DNA from: Fibrobacteria bacterium
GTDB lineage: Bacteria; Fibrobacterota; Fibrobacteria; UBA11236; JADFYW01
Length of the DNA stretch: 64,000 nt
Reading direction: 5' to 3'
NCBI GenBank assembly: GCA_050294405.1
Contig: JBNKOC010000028.1
Coordinates: 1 to 64,000 of the forward strand
The number at the start of each line of letters is the position of its first letter. Within the stretch, counting starts at the first letter, position 1. Below the pieces are notes generated by a model that searched no databases, was not told the DNA's origin, and saw nothing but the letters and a program-made list of their open reading frames with translations. Shown here piece after piece: positions 50,188 to 60,325 of the stretch. The translations under genes were made by a program, and so were the position numbers.

Positions 50188-51284
50188 TTAACCTGTCCCT
50201 CGGCGTTAAGCTCAATAATTTTTTCAACTTCAAAAGGAATATCCTTTTGCCGGGGAGAGGCCATTATCACCTGATGTTCATGACCAATTATATGGCTCAA
50301 GCGATTTCTTTTCCCTTCATCCAATTCCGAAAACACATCATCCAGCAATAATATGGGAGGGTACCCAAATTCCCCTTTTAAAACTTCCGAAGAGGCCAAT
50401 TTTAAGCTAATAGCAATTAGCCGCCTTTGACCTTGCGAGCCAAAATCACTTGCTTTGCGGCCCTTGAGCAAAAGTAATAAATTGTCGCGGTGGGGGCCAA
50501 TGGTTGTTGTTTTTAACAGTCTTTCATATTCGGCATTTTCCTTCAATTTATGCCAAAATTCCTGCCGAATTGTTGACTCGTTCTCATTCAGATTATCCAA
50601 GAAACTCTCATATTCAATCTCAAATTTAATGTCCGCCTGTTCGGTCACCTTTTTAAATACTTCTTCCACATGTGGGCTAAAACGAAGCCCAAAGTTATAC
50701 CTTTCTTTAAGAATTCGGGCTCCCGTTTCACAAAGCTGCCCGGATAGCACCTCTAAAATTTCTGGGCTGTATTTAAAGCTTTCTTTTAGGGCTGTATTTC
50801 TCTGTTTTAATATGCGCCCATAGTCTCTTAAATCAGACAAATAATTAGATGATATCTGACACAATAAACCATCTAAAAAGCGTCGCCTGTAACTGGGGCC
50901 CTCGTTTACTAATAAAATATCATCGGGCAATAAAATCACGCTGGGGACTTTTCCCATTAAGTCGGACATTTTGTGGCTGCGTTCGCCATTTATTTGGACT
51001 GTTTTTTCACCGGAATTTTGATACAAAAGGGAATGTGCTTGGACTTTATCTTCACTTAAGCTTATTTCGCAGCGCAATACAAACTCATCTTCCCCCCAGC
51101 GTATCAATTCCTTTTCTTTTCGGGTTATGGGAGAGTACCCATTACTAAGTAAAAAAATGGCTTCCAGCAGGGTGGATTTGCCCATGCCGTTGGCTCCCAC
51201 AATAAGATTAAAGCCTGGGGAAAACTCAAATTTCTGCTCGGGATAAGCCCGGAAGTTTTGCAAAAACAAATTGTTTAACTTCAT
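50184..51284 (-). CDS. recF: DNA replication/repair protein RecF
   Basis: NFRAY, GANGMGKS, RRRFLD, GPHRD, SQGQRR, LLLDDVFSELD. Confidence 0.96.
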   Translation of the reverse strand: MKLNNLFLQNFRAYPEQKFEFSPGFNLIVGANGMGKSTLLEAIFLLSNGYSPITRKEKELIRWGEDEFVLRCEISLSEDKVQAHSLLYQNSGEKTVQINGERSHKMSDLMGKVPSVILLPDDILLVNEGPSYRRRFLDGLLCQISSNYLSDLRDYGRILKQRNTALKESFKYSPEILEVLSGQLCETGARILKERYNFGLRFSPHVEEVFKKVTEQADIKFEIEYESFLDNLNENESTIRQEFWHKLKENAEYERLLKTTTIGPHRDNLLLLLKGRKASDFGSQGQRRLIAISLKLASSEVLKGEFGYPPILLLDDVFSELDEGKRNRLSHIIGHEHQVIMASPRQKDIPFEVEKIIELNAEGQVK

Positions 51285-51296
51285 GAAGCTTATGGT

Positions 51297-52652
51297 CTAT
51301 TTTCCAATGCAAAACTCTGAAAATATGTTTTTTAATATTTCTTCAGAAGAATACTCTCCAATTAATTCGGCCAGCTGATTGCGGCACTCGCGAATTTCAA
51401 AAGCCAGTATTTCCACGGCAGGCTGGGCCTTGATATTTTCCAAAGCAGCCTGGGCATTAGCCAAAGCTTTTTTTAAACAGTGGTATTGCCGTTCGTTCAC
51501 AATAAACAGCTCTTCTGAAGGATTTGAGTCTTTGAAAAAATATTGGTTAATTAATTCCAATAGTTCCAAAACTCCTTCGCCTGTTAAACTGGAAAGGGCT
51601 AAGCCATCTGGATCCGTTTTAAAATTGGGTAAATCGGCTTTTGTATGCACCACTATGGTTTTTGTTTGAAGGTTATCTTTTTCCAGGGATAAGTCTTTTA
51701 AAGTATCAGTGGAAATTTTTTCTCTCAGACTTCCATCTTGCAAATAGACAAGCAAGTCCGCTTTTTCCAAGGCTGCCCTGGTAAACTCCATAGCCTTTGA
51801 ATCCAGCATATCCACCGCTTGATTCGCCACTCCAGCCGTATCCACCAGCCATACTTTTCCGGATTGCAACTGGAGAGGAATCTCTATGTAATCCCTGGTA
51901 GTGCCTGGTTGTTCGGAAACCATTACGCGATTTTCATTTAAAATGGCATTGATTAAACTGGATTTTCCCGCATTGGGGGCGCCCCAAATAACCACTCTGG
52001 GTTCTTGAAAAAGCCGCTTGCCCCGCTCCCATGTATTGAGAATATTTTCAATTGATTTGGCTGTTTCTTCTAAAACAGGTTCCCATTCCTCATATGCGGG
52101 ATCCGCCTCTTCCTCGGAAAAATCCACATCCAGTTCTAATTTAGTTGAAATATAATTCAATTTGTTTTTCAAATCCTTTAAGGGTTCGGCAAGTTCGCCT
52201 TTCAAAATACGGTTGGCGTTTTGAAGACTAACATCATTACTTGCTGAGAGTAAAGAAGCGGTGGCCTCCACCTGTAACAAATCCATTTTTCCGTTTTCAT
52301 AGCCTCTTTGAACAAACTCCCCTTTTTGGGCCAGACGCATCTGAGGCAATTCTAAAATACAATCCAAAATCTTACGGATAATATAGGGGTTTCCATGGGG
52401 AAAGATCTCCAGCATGTCCTCAGCTGTAGCCGTAGTGGGACCCGGCAAATAAACATAACATAGACTATCTATTTGTTTTTGATGAGCCTTGTCCCAAAAT
52501 TGCCCATAAGTCATTTTCCTGGGAACTGGATTGTTGTTGTTAAGGAAGCTTTGGACAACTTCCAAGCAAGCATCGCCGGATAGCCGCAAAACTGCTATTC
52601 CAGACAAACCCGGGGGTGTGGAAAGGGCAATTATGGTATCGGCAAAACTCAA
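51297..52652 (-). CDS. mnmE: tRNA modification GTPase MnmE
   Basis: DTIIALSTPPG, GAPNAGKSSL, GTTRD, DTAG, C-terminal FCIGK. Confidence 0.96.
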   Translation of the reverse strand: MSFADTIIALSTPPGLSGIAVLRLSGDACLEVVQSFLNNNNPVPRKMTYGQFWDKAHQKQIDSLCYVYLPGPTTATAEDMLEIFPHGNPYIIRKILDCILELPQMRLAQKGEFVQRGYENGKMDLLQVEATASLLSASNDVSLQNANRILKGELAEPLKDLKNKLNYISTKLELDVDFSEEEADPAYEEWEPVLEETAKSIENILNTWERGKRLFQEPRVVIWGAPNAGKSSLINAILNENRVMVSEQPGTTRDYIEIPLQLQSGKVWLVDTAGVANQAVDMLDSKAMEFTRAALEKADLLVYLQDGSLREKISTDTLKDLSLEKDNLQTKTIVVHTKADLPNFKTDPDGLALSSLTGEGVLELLELINQYFFKDSNPSEELFIVNERQYHCLKKALANAQAALENIKAQPAVEILAFEIRECRNQLAELIGEYSSEEILKNIFSEFCIGK

Positions 52653-52674
52653 TATTGCCCCTTTGAATTAAAGC

Positions 52675-54477
52675 TTAGGAAGCTTTGGCCCCTTTATTTT
52701 TTTTGCTCACCACGTTAGCTGGTAATTTCCTCTTAGAATCTTCCACCGGAGCTGAGGGCTTGTTTCTTTTCAACAGCTTGGTTTGGCCAATGGTAAAAAC
52801 ATTGGAAACAGTCCAGTATAAAACAAGTCCCGATGGAAATGAGGCGGAGAAAAAGAACATCATAATGGGCATCATATAAACCATCGCTTTTTGATTTGGG
52901 TCGGTGATGGTCATTTTAGTTTGGAAAAACATGGTAATAGCCATAAAAAAGGGCAGAATGGTTAAGCCCATTGGGAACAAAAATGGAACTTGAACAGCTG
53001 TTGTTATCACATCTGGCTGGGATAAATCGCCAATCCAGGCGAAAAATGGTGCCCCTCTAAGTTCCACAGCCCGTCCTAAAACGTTAAAAAGGGCAATAAA
53101 TACGGGCATCTGCATAAACATGGGCAAACAGCCAATGATAAAGCCCGCTTGGCTGACCCCTTTTTCTTTATACAGTTCCCTTTGCGCTTGAAACATTTTT
53201 TGGGGGTTACTCTTATATTTTTCCCGCAACTCTTTTAGTGCCGGGGCCAACTCCTGCTGCTTGGACATAGCCTTGGTTTGGCTAACAGTAAGTGGAAGAA
53301 GTATCAAGCGCACCAGGAGAGTCAAAAATATAATGGCAATGCCATAATTGGGTATCCACTGATGGAACTTGTTTAAAAGATTGAGTACCAGCCCGCATAA
53401 TTTGGGATACCACAAGTCGGCACCAAAAAACCAGGAATAGCCAGAGAACAAAATTTTCTCGTAACCCTCTTTGTATTGGCTTAGTTCGCTGTGAATAAGG
53501 GGAAGCACCACAAAATCAAAGTTTAAATCTTTGGGATTAAAATCATTTCCGCTCACAGCTATAGAATAGGTGGGCTGAGAAAATTCGTCGCTGGGCTTTA
53601 AAGATTTGGCGCTGATTTTATTTTGGGTGTCCCTGTTAAAGTTTATTACCGCAGCCACATATTTGCGGCGAAGGCCAACCCAACGAACCACACCAAACTG
53701 CTCATTAAAAGTTTTTTCATCTTTAAATGTTTCACGAGAAACATTTTGCTCTCCCAGATTCAAAACCAGCTCACTAAAAAAGTTGCTGTTTAAACCAAAA
53801 CCCTTGCCCTTGGGAACTTTTTCGGTTTCAATTAAACCGTTTTCCCAGGCAATTTTATAGCTGGTTACATCCAAATTGCCAATGGTAAGCTTGTGGCCAA
53901 TTTTAAATTCAGTCCCAAAAAAGCTATAGGAACGGGAAATTTCTTCGCCACTAATGTTTGTTTTGAATTCCATTGATTTTTTTCCCTCTGTGAGAAAAAT
54001 ACTATCCGGGTATTCCGAGGCAAACTCCCAGGTAATTTCCCCTAAATTCACTTTTTCCAGCTGTATTTGGCCTAAACCATTTGGTTCTTTAATTAAGGGA
54101 TGGATTTCTGATTTGGATTCCTTGTACAAGCCTTTTAGATACACATCTTGAATGGCAGCACCTTTATTGCTTATGCCCACCACAAAATTATCTGTTATCA
54201 CCCAAACTTTTCGTTCTGGGATAACAGCAGCTTCCATACTGTCAGTAAGAGCACTATCGGCATTTGCTGTTTCAGCCTTTTCCTTAACCGCTAATTCTGG
54301 GGTTTTTAAAGATTCTTTTTTAGGCTCTTTAATTTCCTCTTCTAAGTTAGCCAAGCTATCTGCAATGGCTTTTTTTCGCAATGCTTGTTTTTCTTCCAGT
54401 TCCTTTTGCTGATACTGAAACCAAACCAAGATGATTCCAAAAATCAGAAACCAGCCAATAAACCGTGTTTTATCCAA
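52675..54477 (-). CDS. yidC: Membrane protein insertase YidC
   Basis: [27 protein letters not shown]; probable TTG start at 54477. Confidence 0.95.
   Translation of the reverse strand: MDKTRFIGWFLIFGIILVWFQYQQKELEEKQALRKKAIADSLANLEEEIKEPKKESLKTPELAVKEKAETANADSALTDSMEAAVIPERKVWVITDNFVVGISNKGAAIQDVYLKGLYKESKSEIHPLIKEPNGLGQIQLEKVNLGEITWEFASEYPDSIFLTEGKKSMEFKTNISGEEISRSYSFFGTEFKIGHKLTIGNLDVTSYKIAWENGLIETEKVPKGKGFGLNSNFFSELVLNLGEQNVSRETFKDEKTFNEQFGVVRWVGLRRKYVAAVINFNRDTQNKISAKSLKPSDEFSQPTYSIAVSGNDFNPKDLNFDFVVLPLIHSELSQYKEGYEKILFSGYSWFFGADLWYPKLCGLVLNLLNKFHQWIPNYGIAIIFLTLLVRLILLPLTVSQTKAMSKQQELAPALKELREKYKSNPQKMFQAQRELYKEKGVSQAGFIIGCLPMFMQMPVFIALFNVLGRAVELRGAPFFAWIGDLSQPDVITTAVQVPFLFPMGLTILPFFMAITMFFQTKMTITDPNQKAMVYMMPIMMFFFSASFPSGLVLYWTVSNVFTIGQTKLLKRNKPSAPVEDSKRKLPANVVSKKNKGAKAS
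53728..53743. promoter_or_regulatory. parS site (one mismatch) within yidC
   Basis: TGTTTCACGAGAAACA versus consensus TGTTTCACGTGAAACA; palindrome extends with AAA/TTT flanks. Confidence 0.75.
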
Positions 54478-54715
54478 AATAAGACCCTTTTTTTGATGAT
54501 TTTGGGTGAGGTACAGGATCGTAGCCCGAAGCCCCAAAAGGATGACAGCGCAAAATGCGCTTTAAACCTAAAAATAATCCCCGGAACACCCCGTGCTCTT
54601 TTACGGCCTCAACTGTGTATTGGGAGCAGGTTGGGTGGTAGCGGCAACATCCAGTAAAAAAAGAGTGATGCAATACCTGATACATCTGGATGAGCCATAT
54701 AACTAGGAGTTTCAT
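54470..54715 (-). CDS. yidD: Membrane protein insertion efficiency factor YidD
   Basis: [24 protein letters not shown]. Confidence 0.95.
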   Translation of the reverse strand: MKLLVIWLIQMYQVLHHSFFTGCCRYHPTCSQYTVEAVKEHGVFRGLFLGLKRILRCHPFGASGYDPVPHPKSSKKGSYFG

Positions 54716-54728
54716 AGGGAACTAAATA

Positions 54729-55061
54729 TTAAACTTTTTTCAGTAAATTCGTAGCCTCAAGGCGAAAATCAGGGGGAGTCAATTCACGACTGGCGGGTTT
54801 AACATCCATTAAAACCCAAATTGAGCGATTTAGCTGAGAACTGAAACTAAAAAATACTTCGCGCAATATTCGACGGAGCCGGTTTCGAACCACTGCATTT
54901 CCAATTTTTTTGCGAATAATAAAACCTACCCGGGAGCTCTCTTCCTTTTCAGGGTAGTGAACCGAGAAGCTAAAATAAGAGCTGTGGAATTTTTGGTGCG
55001 CCGGCAGAAGCTGGTATCTAATATGTTTGGAAAGCAAACGATGCTTGGCCAGCCGTGCCAT
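54729..55061 (-). CDS. rnpA: Ribonuclease P protein component
   Basis: RVGFIIRKKIGNAVVRNRLRRILRE (RNR motif); lies between rpmH and yidD. Confidence 0.93.
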   Translation of the reverse strand: MARLAKHRLLSKHIRYQLLPAHQKFHSSYFSFSVHYPEKEESSRVGFIIRKKIGNAVVRNRLRRILREVFFSFSSQLNRSIWVLMDVKPASRELTPPDFRLEATNLLKKV

Positions 55062-55081
55062 GGATAAGTTTAGCCCAAAAA

Positions 55082-55222
55082 TTAATGGCTAACAGAAACC
55101 CGGACGCGACCTTTTGCCCGGCGGCGATTTAAAACCGCTCTGCCATTAGCAGTAGCCATACGCGCTCTGAAACCGTGTTTGTTGGCTCTTTTTCTTTTTG
55201 ATGGTTGAAAAGTTCTTTTCAT
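55082..55222 (-). CDS. rpmH: 50S ribosomal protein L34 (not in the ORF track)
   Basis: Manual translation [46 protein letters not shown]. Confidence 0.97.
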   Translation of the reverse strand: MKRTFQPSKRKRANKHGFRARMATANGRAVLNRRRAKGRVRVSVSH

Positions 55223-55319
55223 TTAAAAATCCTTTAAGTTGGGGTGCAAATTTAATACGAATGTTTCTTTTTTTCAAGGAAAGGTTTAATATTATTTTCA
55301 TTAATTTCTACCTGGAAAA

Positions 55320-56171
55320 ATGCCAACTAAAACACCCCACTTTTATCACCCCTGGAGCCTATTTTTGGTTATTCGTGGCATAACGTTTATGGGGGCTGTT
55401 TTTCTAAAAATTGTGGGTTGGAAAAAAAAGACTCTGGAAAAAAATCGCCGTCTAGCCAAGGTTTCTTTTTCTGATTTTGCTCTCTACCAAAATGCCCTTC
55501 TGGATTTAATCTGTTTTTTACTGGCTATCCCAAAGGGCCCTTACGATATCTTTCCCAAAGACAAAATGAAGCTCGAGGCTTTTAAAAAGTCAGGGGGATT
55601 ATTGCTTTGCGCCCATATGCACAATTGGGAATTAATGGGTTCCTGGTTATGCAAACAGGGATTGCCCATTTTGGGATACTCCCAAAAAATGGACCAAAAA
55701 TGGGCCGACGCACTCCTAAATCGCAGCCGAAAGAAAATAAATCTGCCCACCGTTTCCACCCAGGTACCCTCCAAGGCTCGAGCCTGGATTGAGGAAAAAA
55801 AGGTTTTCGGTGTGCTTTGGGATCAAAACCATCCTGGAATGGAAGCTGAATTTTTTAGCCATAAAGTTCAACTTTCCAAGCTGCCTGTATTTTTACACCA
55901 AACCAGCTCGTGTCCTGTGTACTTTTCCTTTTTAACATCTAGGGGCAAAGTAAGACTCTTAAAACTTAACAGTAAAAAGCTAGAGGGCCAGCTTCTGGCA
56001 AACCGATACCACCGGGTTTTGGAAAAGGCTATTTTGACTCAGCCAAATTTCTGGTATGGTTGGTTCCATAACCGCTTCAAAAATAAGCCCCGTTCGGAAA
56101 AAGTTTCACGTGAAACAACAAAAGTTCAGGAAAAAAGGTTTCACGTGAAACTTGAGAAAAAGGCCTATTAA
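55320..56171 (+). CDS. Lipid A late acyltransferase (LpxL/HtrB family)
   Basis: AHMHNWE (Hx4E/D) motif, LWDQ, C-terminal QPNFWYGWFHNRFK. Confidence 0.8.
   Translation: MPTKTPHFYHPWSLFLVIRGITFMGAVFLKIVGWKKKTLEKNRRLAKVSFSDFALYQNALLDLICFLLAIPKGPYDIFPKDKMKLEAFKKSGGLLLCAHMHNWELMGSWLCKQGLPILGYSQKMDQKWADALLNRSRKKINLPTVSTQVPSKARAWIEEKKVFGVLWDQNHPGMEAEFFSHKVQLSKLPVFLHQTSSCPVYFSFLTSRGKVRLLKLNSKKLEGQLLANRYHRVLEKAILTQPNFWYGWFHNRFKNKPRSEKVSRETTKVQEKRFHVKLEKKAY
56102..56117. promoter_or_regulatory. parS site
   Basis: AGTTTCACGTGAAACA; perfect 14-bp core palindrome GTTTCACGTGAAAC. Confidence 0.9.
56137..56152. promoter_or_regulatory. parS site
   Basis: GGTTTCACGTGAAACT; perfect 14-bp core palindrome, 35 bp from the first. 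Confidence 0.88.
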
Positions 56172-56253
56172 ATATTTTTATTTAGTCTAGAAATTAGCCT
56201 TTGAAATAATTACCATAGATTCTTTTAAACTTTTACTCAACAAGTAATAATAT

Positions 56254-56856
56254 ATGGCAGAACTTTTATATGATCCTGAATCGGTTCCTGAAAGAGGCCT
56301 TGAGAAACTGAAAAAGTTTGAAGAGCTCCTCACTAAATGGAATCAGAATATGAATATTGTAAGTCCAAAGGATATTCCTTTGATTTGGACTCGACATATT
56401 CTGGACAGCTTGCAAATGATCCCTTTTCTTAAAGGCGCAAATAAATTGGCGGATATGGGAGCCGGAATTGGCTTTCCCTCCATACCTATCGCCATAGCTT
56501 GTCCCGAAATAAACATTTTTGCCATTGAGCCTCACAACAAAAAGGTTTCTCTTTTTACCCAATTACTCCGTGAATTAGGGATTCCAAATATTCATGTTTT
56601 GCCAGAAAAAGTGGAAACGGTTATTGTATCTCATATGGATATTGTTTGCTGCAGAGCTTTTGGTGAGTTTATGCGCGACAGCCAACTAGCCTATAAGATG
56701 CTGAAACCCGGGGGGAAATTTATCACCTTTAAGGCCGACCCAGAAACCAGGGTGCCCTCTGGTTTTGATAAAGTTACCAACCACGAATACCTGTTACCCA
56801 ATTACGCCCGCGAATTTAATATTGTAGTCACTCAAAAACTTTCTGAATTTGACTAA
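56254..56856 (+). CDS. rsmG: 16S rRNA m7G527 methyltransferase
   Basis: WNQNMNI, RHILDSL, DMGAGIGFP, CRAF; upstream of parA. Confidence 0.92.
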   Translation: MAELLYDPESVPERGLEKLKKFEELLTKWNQNMNIVSPKDIPLIWTRHILDSLQMIPFLKGANKLADMGAGIGFPSIPIAIACPEINIFAIEPHNKKVSLFTQLLRELGIPNIHVLPEKVETVIVSHMDIVCCRAFGEFMRDSQLAYKMLKPGGKFITFKADPETRVPSGFDKVTNHEYLLPNYAREFNIVVTQKLSEFD

Positions 56857-57625
56857 GATAATTGCAGTTTGTAACCAAAAAGGCGGGGTTGGAAAAACAA
56901 CCACCAGCATTAATACAGCTGCCGGACTGGCAGCTCTCGAAAAAAAAGTGCTGTTAGTGGATATGGACCCTCAGGGAAATGCTTCCCAGGGCATGGGTTT
57001 TGGATCCAAGATTACTCCTGACATTTACGATGCCCTGTGCTGGACTGAGGAGGACATGGACTCCAAGGATTTTAACTCTGTGATTCAAAAAACAGAGTTG
57101 AATTTTCTGGATTTATTGCCAAGCTCCCAGGATTTGGCTGGTATAGAGGTGGAACTTTCAGGAAGACGGCACAAAGAAAATAGATTAAAACAAGTTCTCG
57201 CCAAATTCCAGGACAAGTACGATTATATAATTGTAGACTCTCCCCCATCTTTGAATCTTATTACCATCAATATTTTAACTGCTGCCCATTCGGTACTTAT
57301 TCCCATTCAATGCGAATATTACGCCTTAACGGGGTTGGCGGAATTATTAAAAATTATTCGCCTGGTGCAGCAAAATTTTAATAGATCTTTAAAAATAGAA
57401 GGGGCCCTTTTGACCATGTACGACTCCAGGTTGAATTTGGCAAAACAAGTGGTGGAAGACGTGCAAAATTCGTTCTCGGCCAGGGTTTTTAAAACTATTG
57501 TGCCCCGAAGCGTAAAATTAAGCGAAGCCCCCTCTTTTGGGAAACCCATTCTGTTATACGATGTGATGAGTGTAGGGGCGGTAAAATACCTAGAACTTGC
57601 GGAAGAAATTTGCAATTATGGCTAA
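56849..57625 (+). CDS. parA: Chromosome partitioning ATPase ParA/Soj
   Basis: NQKGGVGKTT, DMDPQGNAS, DSPPSL, PIQCEYYAL, EAPSFGKP. Confidence 0.96.
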   Translation: MTKIIAVCNQKGGVGKTTTSINTAAGLAALEKKVLLVDMDPQGNASQGMGFGSKITPDIYDALCWTEEDMDSKDFNSVIQKTELNFLDLLPSSQDLAGIEVELSGRRHKENRLKQVLAKFQDKYDYIIVDSPPSLNLITINILTAAHSVLIPIQCEYYALTGLAELLKIIRLVQQNFNRSLKIEGALLTMYDSRLNLAKQVVEDVQNSFSARVFKTIVPRSVKLSEAPSFGKPILLYDVMSVGAVKYLELAEEICNYG

Positions 57626-58472
57626 AAAAGCATTAGGAAAAGGTCTTAGTTCCATATTTGAAGATATGGGCACCCCGGTTATTAATAACGAAACCGAAAG
57701 CTATATCCACGAGATATTGTTGGGAGATATCACCCCCAACCCCTTTCAACCCAGAAGACAGTTTCGGGAAGAAGAGTTAAAAGAACTGTCGGATTCTATT
57801 GAGCAAAACGGGTTGCTGTCCCCTATTTTGGTTAGAGAGCACCAAGGCAAATATCAAATTATAGCTGGTGAAAGGCGTTTTCGAGCCAGCCAAAAATTGG
57901 GCAAAGAAACGATTTTAGCCCATGTTCGGGAAAAAGTTTCAGACAGAGACATGATGGAGCTCTCTCTTATAGAAAACATACAGCGGGTTCAATTAAGTCC
58001 AGTGGAAGAAGCCGAAGCCTATATGCAGCTTATAGAAAGCTGCGGCCTCACCCACGAAAACCTTTCTGAAAAACTAGCCAAAAGCCGTTCAGCCATCAGC
58101 AACACCCTTCGACTTTTAAAACTGGCAGAACCCGTTAAGGGGTTAATCCGCGAGGGGAAGCTTTCTGCTGGCCATGCCCGCACTCTGGTGCAATATGAAG
58201 AAAAAGAGCAAATAGCCATGGCCCAAAAAATTGTGAATGAAGGTTTAAATGTGCGCAGCGCTGAAAACCTTTCTTCCAAAAAGAAAAACCCAAAGGTTTC
58301 TGGAAAACTAGACCCAAACCTAACAGAGTTTCTGGAAAACTTAAAATTTGCCTTGGGAACAAAAATTCAATTGCAGGGCAACTCCAATAAGGGCAAAATT
58401 GAAATTCACTTTAACTCCCACAATCAATTGATAGATATTTCTAAAATTTTTGTATCCAAACTTTTTTCTTAA
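57618..58472 (+). CDS. parB: Chromosome partitioning protein ParB/Spo0J
   Basis: ALGKGL, PNPFQPR, IIAGERRFRA, LIENIQR, SRSAISNTLRLL, SAGHAR. Confidence 0.96.
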   Translation: MAKKALGKGLSSIFEDMGTPVINNETESYIHEILLGDITPNPFQPRRQFREEELKELSDSIEQNGLLSPILVREHQGKYQIIAGERRFRASQKLGKETILAHVREKVSDRDMMELSLIENIQRVQLSPVEEAEAYMQLIESCGLTHENLSEKLAKSRSAISNTLRLLKLAEPVKGLIREGKLSAGHARTLVQYEEKEQIAMAQKIVNEGLNVRSAENLSSKKKNPKVSGKLDPNLTEFLENLKFALGTKIQLQGNSNKGKIEIHFNSHNQLIDISKIFVSKLFS

Positions 58473-58480
58473 TTCTTAAC

Positions 58481-59302
58481 ATGCCTGGGAAAAAGAAAAA
58501 TATCACACTGCAAATAATCCCAGATGGCATAGGTAAAACCTGGGCCATTAAGTTGGATTACAAGCTTATTCAGCTTTTACTTATTTTATTTTTGCTGATG
58601 TTAGTGGCCTTTGCCATTGGTTTAATCAAATTTTCGGAAATAAATTTAAAAGCTTTTACAGCCGAAGATTTGGCTAAAAAAAATCAGGTGCTCCAAAGAA
58701 AACAAGCTATTATTGACTCGCTGGAAAGAGAAATAGATTTAATCCATCAAAAAACCCTGCGCATAGAAAACATGGTCCAAACTTTTGTGGCCAGTGAATC
58801 GGATAGTTCCAGTCTGCGTACCCTACCCCAAAACCGCGATTTAATCACTCGAAATATTTTAAAGGAATACGCCAGCTCGGTGGAATCCTTAATGGTAAAA
58901 AAGTCGGAAAAATCCAAAGAAAAATCAATAACATCATCGGCCTATAAACCAAGTATTTGGCCTGTTCTAGGGGTAGTGTCTCGTGAATACTCCAACCAAC
59001 ATCCTGGCATGGATATCGTGGCTTCCGAAAACACTCTAATTCTTTGTACCGCCCCTGGTATTGTTATGGAAAACAAGTGGGACAGAGACCTTGGAAATTA
59101 TGTGGTAGTAAGCCATGGCAATCTTTACAAAACCCTATATGGGCATTTAAATTCAAGCATGGTTAAAATCGGAGATCACCTGGACCAGGGATCTGCCATT
59201 GGCACACTTGGGAATACAGGAAATAGCACCGGACCACATTTACATTATGAAGTTATGGAAAATAATGAGAGAATGGATCCAAAAAATTATTTAACCTTTT
59301 AG
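58481..59302 (+). CDS. M23-family peptidase with N-terminal TM and coiled coil
   Basis: HPGMD, YGHL, TGPHLHYE motifs. Confidence 0.92.
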   Translation: MPGKKKNITLQIIPDGIGKTWAIKLDYKLIQLLLILFLLMLVAFAIGLIKFSEINLKAFTAEDLAKKNQVLQRKQAIIDSLEREIDLIHQKTLRIENMVQTFVASESDSSSLRTLPQNRDLITRNILKEYASSVESLMVKKSEKSKEKSITSSAYKPSIWPVLGVVSREYSNQHPGMDIVASENTLILCTAPGIVMENKWDRDLGNYVVVSHGNLYKTLYGHLNSSMVKIGDHLDQGSAIGTLGNTGNSTGPHLHYEVMENNERMDPKNYLTF

Positions 59303-59311
59303 GGAAAAATC

Positions 59312-59698
59312 ATGATAAAAAATAATACCAAGCCAATCCCAAAAATTATCAATACCGGTGTGGGCACACTTATCAGCAATGGCACCACAATTGTGGGAGA
59401 TGTGCAGGTAAATGGAAATATCAAGGTTGAGGGAACCATAAAAGGCACCGTAAACGCAACAGGCGAATTAATTGTAATTAACTCTGGAAAAATTGAAGGA
59501 GAAATTCATGTGGGCTCAGCCATAATTGCCGGTTTGGTTAAGGGTAACCTCAATGTGGAAGAAAAAACCGTTTTGGCAAACGACTCCAAACTTGTGGGCG
59601 ATTTAAAAACCAAAAATCTGGTTATTGAAGAAGGCGCCAAGCTACAAGGTAATTGTTCCATGAATGTGGAAGAAAGTGCAGCAAAAAAACCCGAATAG
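59312..59698 (+). CDS. Bactofilin (polymer-forming cytoskeletal protein)
   Basis: TLISNGTTIVGDV..IKVEGTIKG..VGDLKTKNLVIEEGAKLQGNCSM beta-helix signature. Confidence 0.92.
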   Translation: MIKNNTKPIPKIINTGVGTLISNGTTIVGDVQVNGNIKVEGTIKGTVNATGELIVINSGKIEGEIHVGSAIIAGLVKGNLNVEEKTVLANDSKLVGDLKTKNLVIEEGAKLQGNCSMNVEESAAKKPE

Positions 59699-59891
59699 GG
59701 ACTTAGCCTATTTTCTCCATTTTGGTTGGACCTCAGCTCTAACATTAACCGCCTTTTCTCTGCTGGGAAATTATCTGGATAAGCGTTTTGCAATTTACCC
59801 TTTTGGAATTTTGGGTTTTAGTCTTTTGGGCCTTGTATCCTGCGGTTACCTTCTTTACTCCCTCATTAAAAAAATGAACTCGGGCAAGTGA
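59664..59891 (+). CDS. AtpZ/AtpI-like small membrane protein
   Basis: Two TM helices with GNYLDKRF...P; first gene before the atp operon. Confidence 0.75.
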   Translation: MWKKVQQKNPNRDLAYFLHFGWTSALTLTAFSLLGNYLDKRFAIYPFGILGFSLLGLVSCGYLLYSLIKKMNSGK

Positions 59892-59906
59892 TTTTCGTTT
59901 TGGCTT

Positions 59907-60320
59907 TTGTACATCAAATCAGAAAATTTTAACTTGCCTTTTTTACCAAGGACAAATTTGATAAAGTTCAGTATTCATATTGCTATTCTTGCCTGCCTTT
60001 CATTTGGCGTCCTAGCGGGGAGCAATGTTTTTATCCGCAAGTTGGACAACGCTTCCATTCTTTACATCTGCTCCTTGTTTGCAGCCAACGCCTGGCTGGC
60101 TATTGTCCCCTATTATTTACGTCAGTGGCAGAACCCCTTAAAGGTATTTGTAGTGGGCTCCATATTTCGTACGATATTGTTGGGAATTGCTTTGAGTTTT
60201 TATTATTATCAGTCCCATCACAAAAATGAAGTGTTTTTTATTTACTGCATGATAACATTTATTATTTTTCAAACCCTTGAAATCCGGCAGTTAATTCGGG
60301 AAAAAGGTTTACTATCCTAA
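59907..60320 (+). CDS. ATP synthase protein I-like four-TM protein
   Basis: Four hydrophobic helices with a conserved-type R (IFRTIL); immediately before atpB; start uncertain. Confidence 0.6.
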   Translation: MYIKSENFNLPFLPRTNLIKFSIHIAILACLSFGVLAGSNVFIRKLDNASILYICSLFAANAWLAIVPYYLRQWQNPLKVFVVGSIFRTILLGIALSFYYYQSHHKNEVFFIYCMITFIIFQTLEIRQLIREKGLLS

Positions 60321-60325
60321 GTCAA

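Noticed and set aside
55223..55319. oriC in the rpmH upstream gap
   Set aside because: AT-rich but short, with no recognisable DnaA boxes; cannot be supported without skew analysis
56102..56152. Two repeats with a spacer as a mini-CRISPR
   Set aside because: Only two 14-bp units, identical to parS, and no cas genes
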